In this document: positions 32,248-41,978 of the stretch, piece by piece
Position numbering within the stretch: the first letter of the stretch is position 1
Layout of the letters: every line of letters begins with the position of its first letter
NCBI GenBank assembly: GCA_044222185.1
Contig: JBGANV010000002.1
Location: 32,001 to 96,000 of the forward strand
Direction of reading: 5' to 3'
DNA length: 64,000 nucleotides
From: Planctomycetota bacterium
Lineage (GTDB): Bacteria > Planctomycetota > GCA-002687715 > CAIWVZ01
The notes under the pieces: model-generated
The model's database searches: none
The model's input: only the letters and a program-made list of their open reading frames with translations
What the model was told of the DNA's origin: nothing
Made by a program: the position numbers and the translations under genes

Positions 32248-33636
32248 TCAGAACTTGATGATGAAGTTCACGGCGAGGTACGGCGGATTCGCAGTGCCAG
32301 TCGGGACGGCCGACCCCGCGAGACCCGTGACGAGCCCGGTGGAGTTGAGGCCCGTGACCGAGGCGGACGATCCGCCCGTGTTGAACGCGTTCTGACCGTC
32401 CGGGCCGCTGCCGTTCCCGGTCGAACCGCTCACCGTGTGGGTGTGCGCGCCGGCGCTCTGGATGGCTCCGGTCCAGGTCACGTTCGTGCCCGTCGTGCTG
32501 CTCGCACCCGTGGGCACGTCCGCGCCCGACCCCAAGCCGGCTCCGTTCTCTCGCCCCGTCAGCGGATGCGTGTGCGCTCCGCCGGAACTCGTCGTCAGGT
32601 TGACCGAGTGGAAGTGGCCCGGGACGGAGTGGACGTGGCTCATGCCGTGATCGTGCGCCGCCACCGAATGCTGGTGGTCGGGAAGAGTATGCGAGTGATT
32701 CCACGACCCTCCGACCGAGCCCAACGGCACGCCACCGGCAACGCCGACGGGGAACCGCTGGGTGAGGTTCGGAAGATTGAACGTCGTCGACCCGTCGCCG
32801 GCACCATAGGTCGTACCGATCACCGAGAAGAGTGCGGCGAAAGTCGTGCGGCTCACGGGCGCGCCGTCGCACAGGAGCCAGCCGGTCGGGGCTACGCTGC
32901 CGCCGAACATCATCATCCCGCCAACGACGACCGGCCCGGCTGGCCCGGTCGCGCCAGTGGATCCGGTGGGGCCCGTGGGCCCGGTCGCCCCCGTTGCGCC
33001 GGCAGACCCGGTAGGCCCCGTTGGGCCAGTGGCTCCGATCGGCCCTGCCGCTCCGGCAGCACCGGTCGCGCCGGTTGGCCCCGTCGGGCCGATCAGTCCT
33101 GTCGGTGAACCGACCCATTGACCGTTCGAAGCGATGACGAGTTGCCCGTTGACCGAAACACTGTTCGGGTGGATGTCCCGCCCCGTCACATCGTCCGCCT
33201 TGAGCGAACGGAGTGAGTAGGGCACCGGGGTCAGCGCGAGCCTCGGCACCATCTCCGGGTCCGCATTGATGCGGACGCCCAGGAAGAGAGTCCCCGAGTC
33301 GATCACGCCCACAGGAATGCCTCCGGGCGTCGAGCTCCCGATCACCCAGGACGCAAGGCCGTTGACCACCGAGACGTTGTTGACGGTCTCCGTGAACAAC
33401 GGAGTCGCGCCGTTCGCCGTGTCATACAGGCTGAACACGATGGAGACCGGTTGAGTGATCGGCACTCCCGCCGCGTTGGTGAGACGCGCCTGATAGCGCA
33501 TGAATCGCGGCGGAGTCGTCCCCTGACCTGGCAAGCACGCAGCGACGGTGAAAGCCGCCAACATCACGACGCAGAATCCGGCCCCGAGTCGAATCGTGGA
33601 ACTCACAACACCTTCTCCTATTGCCAGGACGCTCAT
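32248..33636 (-). CDS. Exported trimeric fibre protein: signal peptide, YQARL N-terminal module, collagen repeat, phage tail-collar domain, HxH repeats
   Basis: Tail-collar [10 protein letters not shown]...[26 protein letters not shown] and [11 protein letters not shown]; start ATG 33636 or GTG 33606 (RBS AGGAGAAGG). Confidence 0.85.
   Translation of the reverse strand: MSVLAIGEGVVSSTIRLGAGFCVVMLAAFTVAACLPGQGTTPPRFMRYQARLTNAAGVPITQPVSIVFSLYDTANGATPLFTETVNNVSVVNGLASWVIGSSTPGGIPVGVIDSGTLFLGVRINADPEMVPRLALTPVPYSLRSLKADDVTGRDIHPNSVSVNGQLVIASNGQWVGSPTGLIGPTGPTGATGAAGAAGPIGATGPTGPTGSAGATGATGPTGPTGSTGATGPAGPVVVGGMMMFGGSVAPTGWLLCDGAPVSRTTFAALFSVIGTTYGAGDGSTTFNLPNLTQRFPVGVAGGVPLGSVGGSWNHSHTLPDHQHSVAAHDHGMSHVHSVPGHFHSVNLTTSSGGAHTHPLTGRENGAGLGSGADVPTGASSTTGTNVTWTGAIQSAGAHTHTVSGSTGNGSGPDGQNAFNTGGSSASVTGLNSTGLVTGLAGSAVPTGTANPPYLAVNFIIKF
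32929..33099 (-). repeat. Collagen-like (Gly-X-Y)19 coding repeat
   Basis: [57 protein letters not shown]. Confidence 0.9.
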
Positions 33637-34634
33637 GGAATCGTGACCGTAAGCACGTTCGTGAATTGCCCGCCGATCGCAGCCGGCGGGAGGCTCGTGA
33701 AGACGGCGGCTTGAAGTCCGAACGTCGCACCGTGAAGTGCCGGATTCGGCGGAATCGGGAACGCGAGCGAGATCTCGCCGGGCATCGTTGCGATGGGTAC
33801 GACGAACTCGAATCCCAGACTCTCGAGTCCTCCGCCGAACCCACCGATGTGAACGCACGACCCGGGCGCCTGGCTCTGGATCACGAGCGAAAACGGCACC
33901 GATGTCTGCTGCGGCGGGAGAACCGCCTGGAGGCGAACGACTCCGACTTGCCCGAGGATGGGCGGGCTCTCGACGGTGAGTGCCGGCAAGAACGTGAACG
34001 CGGACGAGATCGACGACGCGCCGAGCGAATCGACGACCGTGATCGCCGTTCTACCCAGGGGGTTCTGGCATGCGTTCGTGGTTCCAATGCCGCCCGACGG
34101 GGTCGAGATCGTGATCGAAGTATTCGTGATCGAGCCCGTGATGGGGACCGAGGTACCGCCGACGATGACGGTGTGCTGCGCGGCTCCCGGTGGCGCGAAG
34201 TTCAGGCCGTAGACCACCACCGGCGTCGAAGCGAACGCATCGCCGACGCTCGGCACCATGCCGAACACCAATGGCGCGCCTCCCGTGGGCACGTACTCCA
34301 AGGCCGGGAGTCCGCCGACTGCCGCGAACCCCGTCGACGTTCCGAAGTAGCCCGCGGTCACCTCCCCGACGCCGTGCTCGGCGACGTAGTTCGCACTCGT
34401 CGCGCGCTCGGTGCCAGTCGTGACCTCCTGCGACACCGCTGAGAAGTTCGCCGATCCGGCCGGCGAGCCGCCTCCGATGGAGAGGCCTTGTGCGAGTCCG
34501 CTTGGTGAGATCGCGACGGCGATCAGGAGAGCCGCCGCAACTTCGAGTCGACGGCTCGCACCAGCGGCGACCGCTTTCGGCCGCTCACTCTCAGCAGCCG
34601 GATGGCCGCCGCATGTGTACTGAAAACCGGTCAT
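33633..34634 (-). CDS. Exported IPT/TIG-domain protein
   Basis: Signal-like segment ending GLAQ; IPT pattern VVVYGLNF...VIVGG...[11 protein letters not shown]; stop overlaps the fibre gene ATG; start uncertain. Confidence 0.7.
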   Translation of the reverse strand: MTGFQYTCGGHPAAESERPKAVAAGASRRLEVAAALLIAVAISPSGLAQGLSIGGGSPAGSANFSAVSQEVTTGTERATSANYVAEHGVGEVTAGYFGTSTGFAAVGGLPALEYVPTGGAPLVFGMVPSVGDAFASTPVVVYGLNFAPPGAAQHTVIVGGTSVPITGSITNTSITISTPSGGIGTTNACQNPLGRTAITVVDSLGASSISSAFTFLPALTVESPPILGQVGVVRLQAVLPPQQTSVPFSLVIQSQAPGSCVHIGGFGGGLESLGFEFVVPIATMPGEISLAFPIPPNPALHGATFGLQAAVFTSLPPAAIGGQFTNVLTVTIP

Positions 34635-34837
34635 CAGGACCTCCTATGGACGCCTCCGGCAATGAGGGCGGCATTGTGCCACGAGGTCCCGAAACTGGAA
34701 GTCCGCACGACCAGGCCTGCGACGAGTCAGCGTGCACCTGGATCTCACCGCATGCGGAGCGGCGACGGTGGCCGCTTGCGGTCGGACCGTATCGCAGAGC
34801 TATCCACGACCGCCGCGCGCAGCAGAAGCGAGCGGTT

Positions 34838-35581
34838 TCAGATTCCGCGCCACGGATCAGCCGCGGCCGGCCGACCGGCAAATGCGGCGATCGGAGGAAC
34901 CGGCCCAGGCACGTAGCCGTGCTTCGGAACGACGGCCGCGCGCCACCGCCGGCGACGCCGAACCCAGAAAAACCCTCCAAGTCCGATGAGTATCCCCGTG
35001 GCGACCATCCCGAACCCGTCCCCGACGGTGGGTGGCACGCCATGGAAGCGGATGACCGTCACGGAGTCAGGCGTGCACGCGAACGCGTTCCTGACGTACT
35101 CCGTGAGCTCCTTGGGGGGACTCTCGTCCACCGTGCCCGTGAATTCCGCGCGTTCGAAATCCGTGGACGGGGCGCCACGCGCCGCGTCGGGAAATGCGCG
35201 CGCGAGGTCGTCCGGCTCGAACCACAGCAGCGTGAGCCGGGCTGCTCCCGGGCGCTTGACCCCGGATGCCGTGGCCTGCCGCCAGCCATCCACCTCGCGC
35301 GAGCCAACGATCGGCACGCAGTACCCCAGGATCTTCTCGCTGCCGGCACCCGCTCTTCCGCCGTTCCGGAAGTAGCGCGCAACCTCGGGCCAATAGAGCC
35401 CGCCGTCGATGACGCGAAGGTACTCGTGATCGGGCTGCACCGACGCGAGCGTCTCGGCACGGACCTCGGTCGGGGTCGTCTCATGGGGGCGAAACACGAC
35501 CGAGACGCCACTGATGACGCCGAGCGCGCCGAACGACACGAGCGCGTACGGCGCGAGCATCCAGGCCAATCTGATGAGCAT
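34838..35581 (-). CDS. Hypothetical membrane protein (N- and C-terminal TM, central soluble domain)
   Basis: RBS GAGGAG 7 nt before ATG 35581; two hydrophobic segments, basic tail; the 5' extension in the ORF track is spurious. Confidence 0.7.
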   Translation of the reverse strand: MLIRLAWMLAPYALVSFGALGVISGVSVVFRPHETTPTEVRAETLASVQPDHEYLRVIDGGLYWPEVARYFRNGGRAGAGSEKILGYCVPIVGSREVDGWRQATASGVKRPGAARLTLLWFEPDDLARAFPDAARGAPSTDFERAEFTGTVDESPPKELTEYVRNAFACTPDSVTVIRFHGVPPTVGDGFGMVATGILIGLGGFFWVRRRRRWRAAVVPKHGYVPGPVPPIAAFAGRPAAADPWRGI

Positions 35582-35610
35582 GTGCATTCTCCTCGGGAAT
35601 CTGCATCCAC

Positions 35611-35637
35611 TGAGCGAATGGTGTCGTCCCGCGTTGC
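35611..35637 (-). promoter_or_regulatory. Island motif variant GCAAC-N16-CGCTCA
   Basis: + strand TGAGCG 35611-35616, GTTGC 35633-35637; intergenic, upstream of ATG 35581. Confidence 0.55.
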
Positions 35638-35730
35638 ACGGCTTGCGATCGGCGTGCTCCGAGTTGCCGTGATCGCGACGACGAATCGCTCGCGATCGGG
35701 GCAACCCACGGGTGCAGCGTCGAGATGAGG

Positions 35731-36324
35731 TCAGTCGAACCAGTTGCGGATGTCGACCGCAGTACGGCGCGCGGATTCCGCAACGTCGCGAAGCACGCTG
35801 GCTCCGAATCGCACCGTGTCCTCCACGAGTTGGCCGCCCGCCTTCTGCACGAAGTCGAGGGGGCCATCCGCGTGCTGTCGGATCGTCTCCGCATCGACGG
35901 CTGCTTCGTACGCCGCGCCCGTCAGGTCGCCGAGGAGCCGCCGCGGGAGAAGGCCGTCCGAGGCTTCGTGAATGATCCCTTCCGAGAGGCGCCGGTTCGC
36001 TTCGAGCATTCCGTCGTACGACCGGTCGTTCGCCCAGTCGGCGTCGTGACGATCGCACGGACGACGGAGCGGGATGCCGAACAGCTTGTCGGGCACGAGC
36101 CCGGTGTTGTCGCTGCCGCACCCCGCAGGCCCGTCGGGGCCGAAGTTCACGAAGCCTCCCAGGTAGTCCGTCGTCCCGTCTGGCTGCTCGGACGCGAGGA
36201 ACGAGCGAAGCGCCGATGGTGCCTCCTCGGTCGTGGTCGAGACGCGAGCAGGCGCCGGCGTCGGCGTGGGCAGAGGTGCGGGCGCAGGCAGCCGCGGGGC
36301 CGCCGTGGGAAACTCGAAAGACAT
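35731..36324 (-). CDS. Prokaryotic phospholipase A2-like protein, candidate T3SS effector
   Basis: RBS GGAGG; Pro-rich disordered N-terminus, no signal peptide; GCGS...VPDKLFGIPLRRPCDRHDADW (CxxHD at 36043-36057); directly downstream of sctU. Confidence 0.6.
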   Translation of the reverse strand: MSFEFPTAAPRLPAPAPLPTPTPAPARVSTTTEEAPSALRSFLASEQPDGTTDYLGGFVNFGPDGPAGCGSDNTGLVPDKLFGIPLRRPCDRHDADWANDRSYDGMLEANRRLSEGIIHEASDGLLPRRLLGDLTGAAYEAAVDAETIRQHADGPLDFVQKAGGQLVEDTVRFGASVLRDVAESARRTAVDIRNWFD

Positions 36325-36376
36325 GACGATCCTCCAACGCCCGTGCGCACAATCGCGCACGATCAGCGCTGTGGAG

Positions 36377-36402
36377 TGATCGCTTGCTGGACGGCCCGTT
36401 GC
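36377..36402 (-). promoter_or_regulatory. Island promoter motif GCAAC-N15-CGATCA
   Basis: + strand TGATCG 36377-36382, GTTGC 36398-36402; upstream of the PLA2-like gene. Confidence 0.7.
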
Positions 36403-36442
36403 GCGACGGCGGCACCGCCAGGCCCTCACCCGAGCCGATCGA

Positions 36443-37612
36443 TCAACCCGCCGCGAGCGGAAGATCCCAGCTCCAGGATGCACCATCCTTCGGCTTGGAC
36501 TCGCGCGCTTCCCACGGAAGGGTTCGACCGTCGTCTTCGTAGCGCTCCCGCGCCCACTGATAGACGGCTGCCAATGCGTCGTGCAACTCCAACGGCGCCC
36601 AGCCTCCTTCGCGCACCGTGTAGAGACTGCGGGCGAGTTCCCGGTCGACCTTCACCGGAACTCCCGCGCGAAGTGCGATGTCGCGCAGGGCCAGGGCGTT
36701 CCCGTCTTCGGCTTTCACCCAGACACGCGGCGCACCTTCCGTCGGGTCGAACCGCAGGCCGACGAAGTAATGCGTCGGATTCATCACTCCCAGGTCCGTA
36801 TCCGGGGCTCGCTGCATCTTCCGCAGTTGCTCTCGGAACTCGGCCTGCGCGCGATGCTTCATCTCGCGAACCTCTGGAGAGCCGAGCTGATCCTTGATCT
36901 CCTCCTTCAGCTCCTTCTCCGACATGCGCGCGTCCACTCGGAACTTCCGCATCCGTCTGAGCAGGTCGACGAAGCCGAGACCGCCGAACGCACCGAGTAC
37001 GGCGCTGACGAGCGTGCCGGCCATGGCGCCGGTCGCTTCGACGGCAGCGATGGGGTCCGCACCACAGGTCCCGAGGAGCGTCGGGAGACGGTTCTCGAGG
37101 ATCGCGAAGGTCGTCCCGGCGACGGTGAGGAACTTGACCACCGTGAATGCGAACTCGACGCGCCCTTCTGGAGACAGCATGAGCATGCGCTTCAACTGGT
37201 CGCCGTTGAACAGCCGCTCGAACTTCGGACTGATCGACTCGAACGTGAAGATCGGCCCGACCGCCGGCAGGAGCCGTATGAACGACGCGAGCGCGCCGGC
37301 CATGGCCGCGGCGACGAGCGTGGGCCAGAGTGCCGTCACGGCTTCACCGGCCGTGCGGAGGATCGACAACTCCACGAGACCTCGCGCCGGCAGCTCATCG
37401 TTCCCGGCAGCTCCGATGGCTTCGTTCAAGGCGCGGACCAGCGGCCTGGTCACGGCCCCCACCGAGTTCGCGAGGCCGCCGATCGTGACGGCGACGACGA
37501 AGAACCCGGTGAAGTCCGCCGAGCCCGCAGGGCCCTGCCCGCGCTTGCGCATCTCGTCCAGGCGACGCGGGGTCGGCTCGTGTGGTTTCTCTTCCGTCTC
37601 GTCATCGGCCAC
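36443..37612 (-). CDS. sctU: T3SS export switch protein SctU (FlhB/YscU)
   Basis: EEKPHEPTPRRL...RKRGQ, TM region, RMSEKELKEEIKDQLGSPEV, autocleavage motif NPTH; GTG start 37612. Confidence 0.93.
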   Translation of the reverse strand: MADDETEEKPHEPTPRRLDEMRKRGQGPAGSADFTGFFVVAVTIGGLANSVGAVTRPLVRALNEAIGAAGNDELPARGLVELSILRTAGEAVTALWPTLVAAAMAGALASFIRLLPAVGPIFTFESISPKFERLFNGDQLKRMLMLSPEGRVEFAFTVVKFLTVAGTTFAILENRLPTLLGTCGADPIAAVEATGAMAGTLVSAVLGAFGGLGFVDLLRRMRKFRVDARMSEKELKEEIKDQLGSPEVREMKHRAQAEFREQLRKMQRAPDTDLGVMNPTHYFVGLRFDPTEGAPRVWVKAEDGNALALRDIALRAGVPVKVDRELARSLYTVREGGWAPLELHDALAAVYQWARERYEDDGRTLPWEARESKPKDGASWSWDLPLAAG

Positions 37613-37619
37613 GACAGAC

Positions 37620-38411
37620 CTATTCCGTAATGAACGGGGCAAGGAGGCGCGGCAGGTCGTCGATCGTCAACGTCACGATGGCCGCCGCGGAGAAGAAGAC
37701 GATCAGCAGCCCGAGCCACGGCTTCAGCGTGAACCCGAGGAAGAAGAGCCCGCCGGGACCGAGCGGAGCGATGCGGTTCAGCAATCCCAAGGCGATGTCC
37801 ACGATGAACATGGTCGCGACCGCCGGGATCGCCAGGCGAATCGCCAAGAGGAACGTCTCACCGGCGAGCGTCGTGAGTCCAGCGACGGTCGCGTCGCCCG
37901 TCGCTCCGCCAGGTCCGTGACCGGGTGGAATCGCCCGGTAGCTCCGCGCGAGACCTGCGGCGAGGTAACCAAGCCCCCCCAGCGACGCGAACGTCGCCAG
38001 TTCGAGCTGGAGCAGGAACGGACCGAGGGGCGAGGACTGGGCCTGGGTCCACGGATCGATGAAGTTCGCGAATTTCACATCGCGCGCGACGTCGATCAGG
38101 TCGCCGGTTCCGGCCACGATCTCGAACACGAGACGCACCGCGACGGCGATGGTGATCCCCGTGGCCAGTTCGGAGCCCATGGCGAGGCCGAATTCGAAGC
38201 CGAACTCCGGCATGGGCTGCGCCCCGAGGCCCGGGGCGATCGCCAGGGCCAGGAGCAAGCCGGCACCGATCCGCACGGTCTGCGGCGCCTGCGGACCAGC
38301 GAACACGGGCGTCGCGACGATCACGGGCATCACTCGCGCGAGGACGAGAGCGATCGCCTCGATCCGCGGAACTCCGCTCACCGCACGCAAGACGCCGAGG
38401 ATTGCATCCAC
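37620..38411 (-). CDS. sctT: T3SS export protein SctT (FliR)
   Basis: Hydrophobic 263 aa; ELATG, GDLID, DIALGLLNRIAP; position between S and U. Confidence 0.9.
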   Translation of the reverse strand: MDAILGVLRAVSGVPRIEAIALVLARVMPVIVATPVFAGPQAPQTVRIGAGLLLALAIAPGLGAQPMPEFGFEFGLAMGSELATGITIAVAVRLVFEIVAGTGDLIDVARDVKFANFIDPWTQAQSSPLGPFLLQLELATFASLGGLGYLAAGLARSYRAIPPGHGPGGATGDATVAGLTTLAGETFLLAIRLAIPAVATMFIVDIALGLLNRIAPLGPGGLFFLGFTLKPWLGLLIVFFSAAAIVTLTIDDLPRLLAPFITE

Positions 38412-38438
38412 GATGATCGACTCGTCGGCGGCTCGCGG

Positions 38439-38708
38439 TCAGCGGCCGATCTCGGCGACGCCGCGGAACATCTCGCCGGCAAACTGGACCAGCTGCTCGA
38501 GGGCGGCGAGGCCGAGTCCGGCGATCACGGCGTACGCCGCGATGGTCTTGACGACGACGCTGATCGATTGCTCCTGAACCTGGGTCGCCGCCTGGAACAC
38601 ACTGACGATCATGCCGATCGCCGCGACCAGGACCACGACCGGCGCACTGAGCAGCAACGACAGGTAGAGGGCCTCTTGGGCCACGCGCACCGCTTGTTCC
38701 ATGGCCAT
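38439..38708 (-). CDS. sctS: T3SS export protein SctS (FliQ)
   Basis: 89 aa; GMIVSVFQAATQVQEQSIS. Confidence 0.95.
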   Translation of the reverse strand: MAMEQAVRVAQEALYLSLLLSAPVVVLVAAIGMIVSVFQAATQVQEQSISVVVKTIAAYAVIAGLGLAALEQLVQFAGEMFRGVAEIGR

Positions 38709-38722
38709 GATTTCACCGCCCT

Positions 38723-39391
38723 TCAGGCGTAGCCGCGAGTCAAACCGAAGAGGACGAGTCGCCAGCCGTCGGCCAGCACGAATAGGAGCAGCTTCAACGG
38801 CAACGTGATGCTCGTGGGCGTGAGCATCGAGGCCCCGACCGCCAGCAAGATGTTCGTCACCACGAGGTCGATCACGAGGAAGGGAACGAAGAGCAGGAAG
38901 CCGATCTGGAATGCCTCTCCGAGCTCGGTGAGGAGAAACGCTGGCGCATCGACCGTGAAGAGCGCGACCACGGGTCGGTAATCGTCCCCACCGTCGAGGA
39001 CGCCGGAGGACTCCGCTCGAAGGCCCAGGAAGAGTTCACGGTTCTCGATCGAGCTGTTCTTGATGAGGAACTCGCTCAACGGTTCGGCGACGGCGCGAGC
39101 CATCTGCGGGTACTTCGTCGCGCGCTCGACGGGCGGCAGCTCGACGATCGGCCTCAGCCGCTCGACGGCAACTCCGACGACGGGCGCCATGATGTGAAGA
39201 CTGAGGACGAGGGCGATCCCCGCGATGACGCTGTTCGGCGGCGTCTGTTGTGTGCCGATCGCCTGTCGAAGCAGGCTGCCGACGACCATGAGCTTCGCGA
39301 ACGAGGTGACGATCGTCAGGATGAATGGAGCGAGGCCGAGAAGGCTCAGCGCAATCACCGTCTCGAAACCGATTCCCATGCCGTCGTTCAT
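38723..39391 (-). CDS. sctR: T3SS export protein SctR (FliP)
   Basis: TSFAKL, RQAIGTQQTPPN, PAFLLTELGEAFQIGFLLFVPFLVIDLVV, LPLKLLLFVLADGW; no FliP-type signal peptide. Confidence 0.95.
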   Translation of the reverse strand: MNDGMGIGFETVIALSLLGLAPFILTIVTSFAKLMVVGSLLRQAIGTQQTPPNSVIAGIALVLSLHIMAPVVGVAVERLRPIVELPPVERATKYPQMARAVAEPLSEFLIKNSSIENRELFLGLRAESSGVLDGGDDYRPVVALFTVDAPAFLLTELGEAFQIGFLLFVPFLVIDLVVTNILLAVGASMLTPTSITLPLKLLLFVLADGWRLVLFGLTRGYA

Positions 39392-39864
39392 GCCGGCTCC
39401 TTCTCCGAAGGCCCGCGGGACCGCCCCGTCGTGAATCCGAGCCGGGACGCGAAATCGGCCCCGGCCAGCGTCGAGGGGACCGAAGAGCCCGCACGAGTGC
39501 CAAGTCGCGTCAGGCCGGTCTCGGACGCAGCGATCATCTCGACCCCGTCGTCGACGCGAACGAGGTACAGCGATCGGCGCGGCTCCAGCCGAAGGACGTC
39601 GATGATTTCCAGACGTCCGCCTCGGGACCGGGTCGTCGGCGAACCACGTCGGCGCAGGACCCGCGAGGCGACGAAGAACGCCGCGAGGATCACCAGGAGC
39701 GCGCCACCCGTCTTCAGGATCGACGCGCCGTACGACGGCGCACCGAGCGGGTTCGGCCCAGGCACCATGGTCCCCGTGCGGGTCACCAAGGGACGCGACG
39801 TGGCGACCTCGGACAGCTGTTGGAGCCGGGGCGCATCCAGGAAATCAGGGTGGATCGGATTCAT
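39388..39864 (-). CDS. fliO: FliO-like export assembly chaperone
   Basis: Single TM followed by LEIIDVLRLEPRRSLYLVRV; sits between the C-ring gene and sctR like flagellar fliO. Confidence 0.72.
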   Translation of the reverse strand: MNPIHPDFLDAPRLQQLSEVATSRPLVTRTGTMVPGPNPLGAPSYGASILKTGGALLVILAAFFVASRVLRRRGSPTTRSRGGRLEIIDVLRLEPRRSLYLVRVDDGVEMIAASETGLTRLGTRAGSSVPSTLAGADFASRLGFTTGRSRGPSEKEPA

Positions 39865-39902
39865 GGTCTCGGCGGACGGTCACCGACTACCCGCCGTCCG
39901 AA

Positions 39903-39929
39903 CTATCGCGATTCGCCCTCCCGCGTTGC
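39903..39929 (-). promoter_or_regulatory. Island promoter motif GCAAC-N16-CGATAG upstream of fliO-sctRSTU
   Basis: + strand CTATCG 39903-39908, GTTGC 39925-39929; intergenic. Confidence 0.7.
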
Positions 39930-39977
39930 GCCACACGGCGCGCGGCTCGGGGATTTGCGGGCGAGCCCCCACGTCCG

Positions 39978-41141
39978 TCACGCCGTCACGGCTGGCAGCA
40001 CCCGCACTCCCCGGCCGTTCTCGTGAACGGCGAAGTCGACGGCTCGAGGCGGAAAGCCATCCGCAACCAGCCAGGCGGGCGCGGCGGGATCCAACGTCAG
40101 GCGCAGGCGCGTCGCCGACGCCATGTGGCTGAACGTGGCGAAGTCGAGCGCGTGCGTTCCGGCGACGACGTACGCGGCGCAGATGTCCGCCCGGCCGTTC
40201 GGGACGTGAGCCACCTCGATCTTCGGGTCCGCCCGCAACTCCACTTCGAGCTCGAGCGGCGTCGCGCGAGACGCTTGCGCGGGAGCGATCGCGAAGCCGG
40301 TCTCGCTGACGAGCATGCCGTGGTTCCCCTCGGCCTCGCTCGACGCGCTCCGCCCCAGTTCCACGAAGTCGCCTGCCTCGATCATCCGGAGCTCGTGCAC
40401 GCGAGCGCCGAAAGGCAAGACCCATCGCACCGTGACGAGCTCGGTCGATCCGACGGAGAACGGGTCGCCTGGCAACCCTCGGAGCAGCGAGCCGACGTCC
40501 GGCGGAACACGTACCGGGCGTGTCCACCAGGTCGCACTGCCCCGACGCGCGCCGACGACGACGTCGAGCGGGATCCCCGACAGCCCCGCCGTCTTCACGC
40601 ATCTGTCCGCCTCGGGGCCCTCCAGAAGTCGCGTGGCGCCCAATCCTGGAGCGCCTGCGTCGAGCCGTCGGCTCCGCGCCTCGCCGAGCGCGTCCAGCAG
40701 GGTCACGAGACCAAAATCGAGGATCCCTCGCTCGCGTTCCGTGAGAGGTCCGGGCATGGGACCGTCGCCGACGGCCTCACGCATCCGATCGACGAGGATC
40801 CGCGCGAGGAACTCGTCGATGCTGACGAATGACGCCACCCCCGCTCCGTCGAGGAACTCGACGACACCGACTTGTGATCGCATGTCGACCGGCGGTGGTC
40901 GCCGCGAGACGGCGACCGCGACGTGTGCCGAAAACGCCGACCGCCCGGCCTCGTCCAGATCGCGAAGCACGTCCATCGCAGCAGCCCATTCCGTCGCCGT
41001 GAAGTCGCGTGTCGCGAGGCGGCGCACGGCGGCCTGGCTGAGTCGTGTCCATTCCTCGTGACTTCGCATGTCGCATACCCCCGTGACGAGACTCCCACTT
41101 CGCTGGCTCGATCCGCGAGGAACCCACGTCGTGGTCGCCAC
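39978..41141 (-). CDS. sctQ: C-ring/sorting platform protein, SctQ (FliM/FliN)-like, degenerate SpoA domains
   Basis: LTERERGIL, ELRMIEAGDFVEL, C-terminal ENGRGVRVL; synteny; start uncertain. Confidence 0.62.
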   Translation of the reverse strand: MATTTWVPRGSSQRSGSLVTGVCDMRSHEEWTRLSQAAVRRLATRDFTATEWAAAMDVLRDLDEAGRSAFSAHVAVAVSRRPPPVDMRSQVGVVEFLDGAGVASFVSIDEFLARILVDRMREAVGDGPMPGPLTERERGILDFGLVTLLDALGEARSRRLDAGAPGLGATRLLEGPEADRCVKTAGLSGIPLDVVVGARRGSATWWTRPVRVPPDVGSLLRGLPGDPFSVGSTELVTVRWVLPFGARVHELRMIEAGDFVELGRSASSEAEGNHGMLVSETGFAIAPAQASRATPLELEVELRADPKIEVAHVPNGRADICAAYVVAGTHALDFATFSHMASATRLRLTLDPAAPAWLVADGFPPRAVDFAVHENGRGVRVLPAVTA

Positions 41142-41147
41142 GTCGGT

Positions 41148-41978
41148 TCAAATCGACCCGTCGGCACTCCACGACTCCACTTCGATGCCTCGCCGCCGCA
41201 TCTCTTCCACGAGAGCCGTGCCGTGGCGCATTCCTTCGTCGCCCCCCGTCCGTGGCCCGTTCAGTCTCAGTCGGACCTTCCGCGGCCCCACGGCCGTGAC
41301 GAAGACCTCGACGCCGCCGAGGACCTGGTCGGCGAAGCCCACGCGCATCTCGTTCCGGCCCGACTCGTCGCGGCCGAACTCTGCGAATCGCACGAGCCGG
41401 CCGAAGTCCCCGCGGGACAAACCAGCTGGAGGTCGAACATCCGTTGGCGACTGCGCCGGTCCGGGGGCGAGGGGCGGTTCCGGGTCGACGGTCGTTCGCG
41501 GGGCATCCCCACCCGGATCGTCCGCCGATGGCCTCGATCGACCCTTCGCCGCCGTGGGGCGCTCCGCTGCCCGCGCATGGGCACCATCAGAAACCTCGCG
41601 GTGGTCCCGCGCGCGATGACGAGCGGCGGCAGGGTGCATTCGGATGTGATCGGCGACGTCCGGATCGCTCGTCTCCTCTGCCGACGGATCACCTCCCGCG
41701 CTCGCGGCCGTGTCATCCACTTCAGACGCCGGGTCCTCACGGTCGAAAGCCACTCCGCCGACCTGCACGTTCGCAATGATCGACCCGGCTTCGCCGGCGT
41801 CGCCCTCCATCGGACCGACGTCGTCGTGGACGTCCTCCGCACGCTCGGGGTTGAGTCGCTGCAGGAACTCGCGGCCCTCGCGCACCGCGTCTCGACGGAC
41901 GCGATCGTGCCGAGCGGGCACGCCGCGATCGCGACGGAGCGCACGAGGCGGATCTTTTGGCAACTCGAAGAAACTCAT
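41148..41978 (-). CDS. SctP/FliK-like length-control (ruler) protein
   Basis: Disordered D/P/A-rich body; C-terminal MRVGFADQVLGGVEVFV...KVRLRL...LVEEMRRRGIEV resembles the T3S4/Flg_hook domain; between O and Q. Confidence 0.6.
   Translation of the reverse strand: MSFFELPKDPPRALRRDRGVPARHDRVRRDAVREGREFLQRLNPERAEDVHDDVGPMEGDAGEAGSIIANVQVGGVAFDREDPASEVDDTAASAGGDPSAEETSDPDVADHIRMHPAAARHRARDHREVSDGAHARAAERPTAAKGRSRPSADDPGGDAPRTTVDPEPPLAPGPAQSPTDVRPPAGLSRGDFGRLVRFAEFGRDESGRNEMRVGFADQVLGGVEVFVTAVGPRKVRLRLNGPRTGGDEGMRHGTALVEEMRRRGIEVESWSADGSI

Noticed and set aside
32248-33636. Prophage or tailocin suggested by the tail-collar domain
   Set aside because: The protein has a signal peptide and there are no capsid, terminase, sheath, integrase or lysis genes
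34668-34682. Sigma-54-like TGGCAC on the minus strand upstream of the IPT gene
   Set aside because: GG-to-GC spacing is one base short of the canonical -24/-12 geometry
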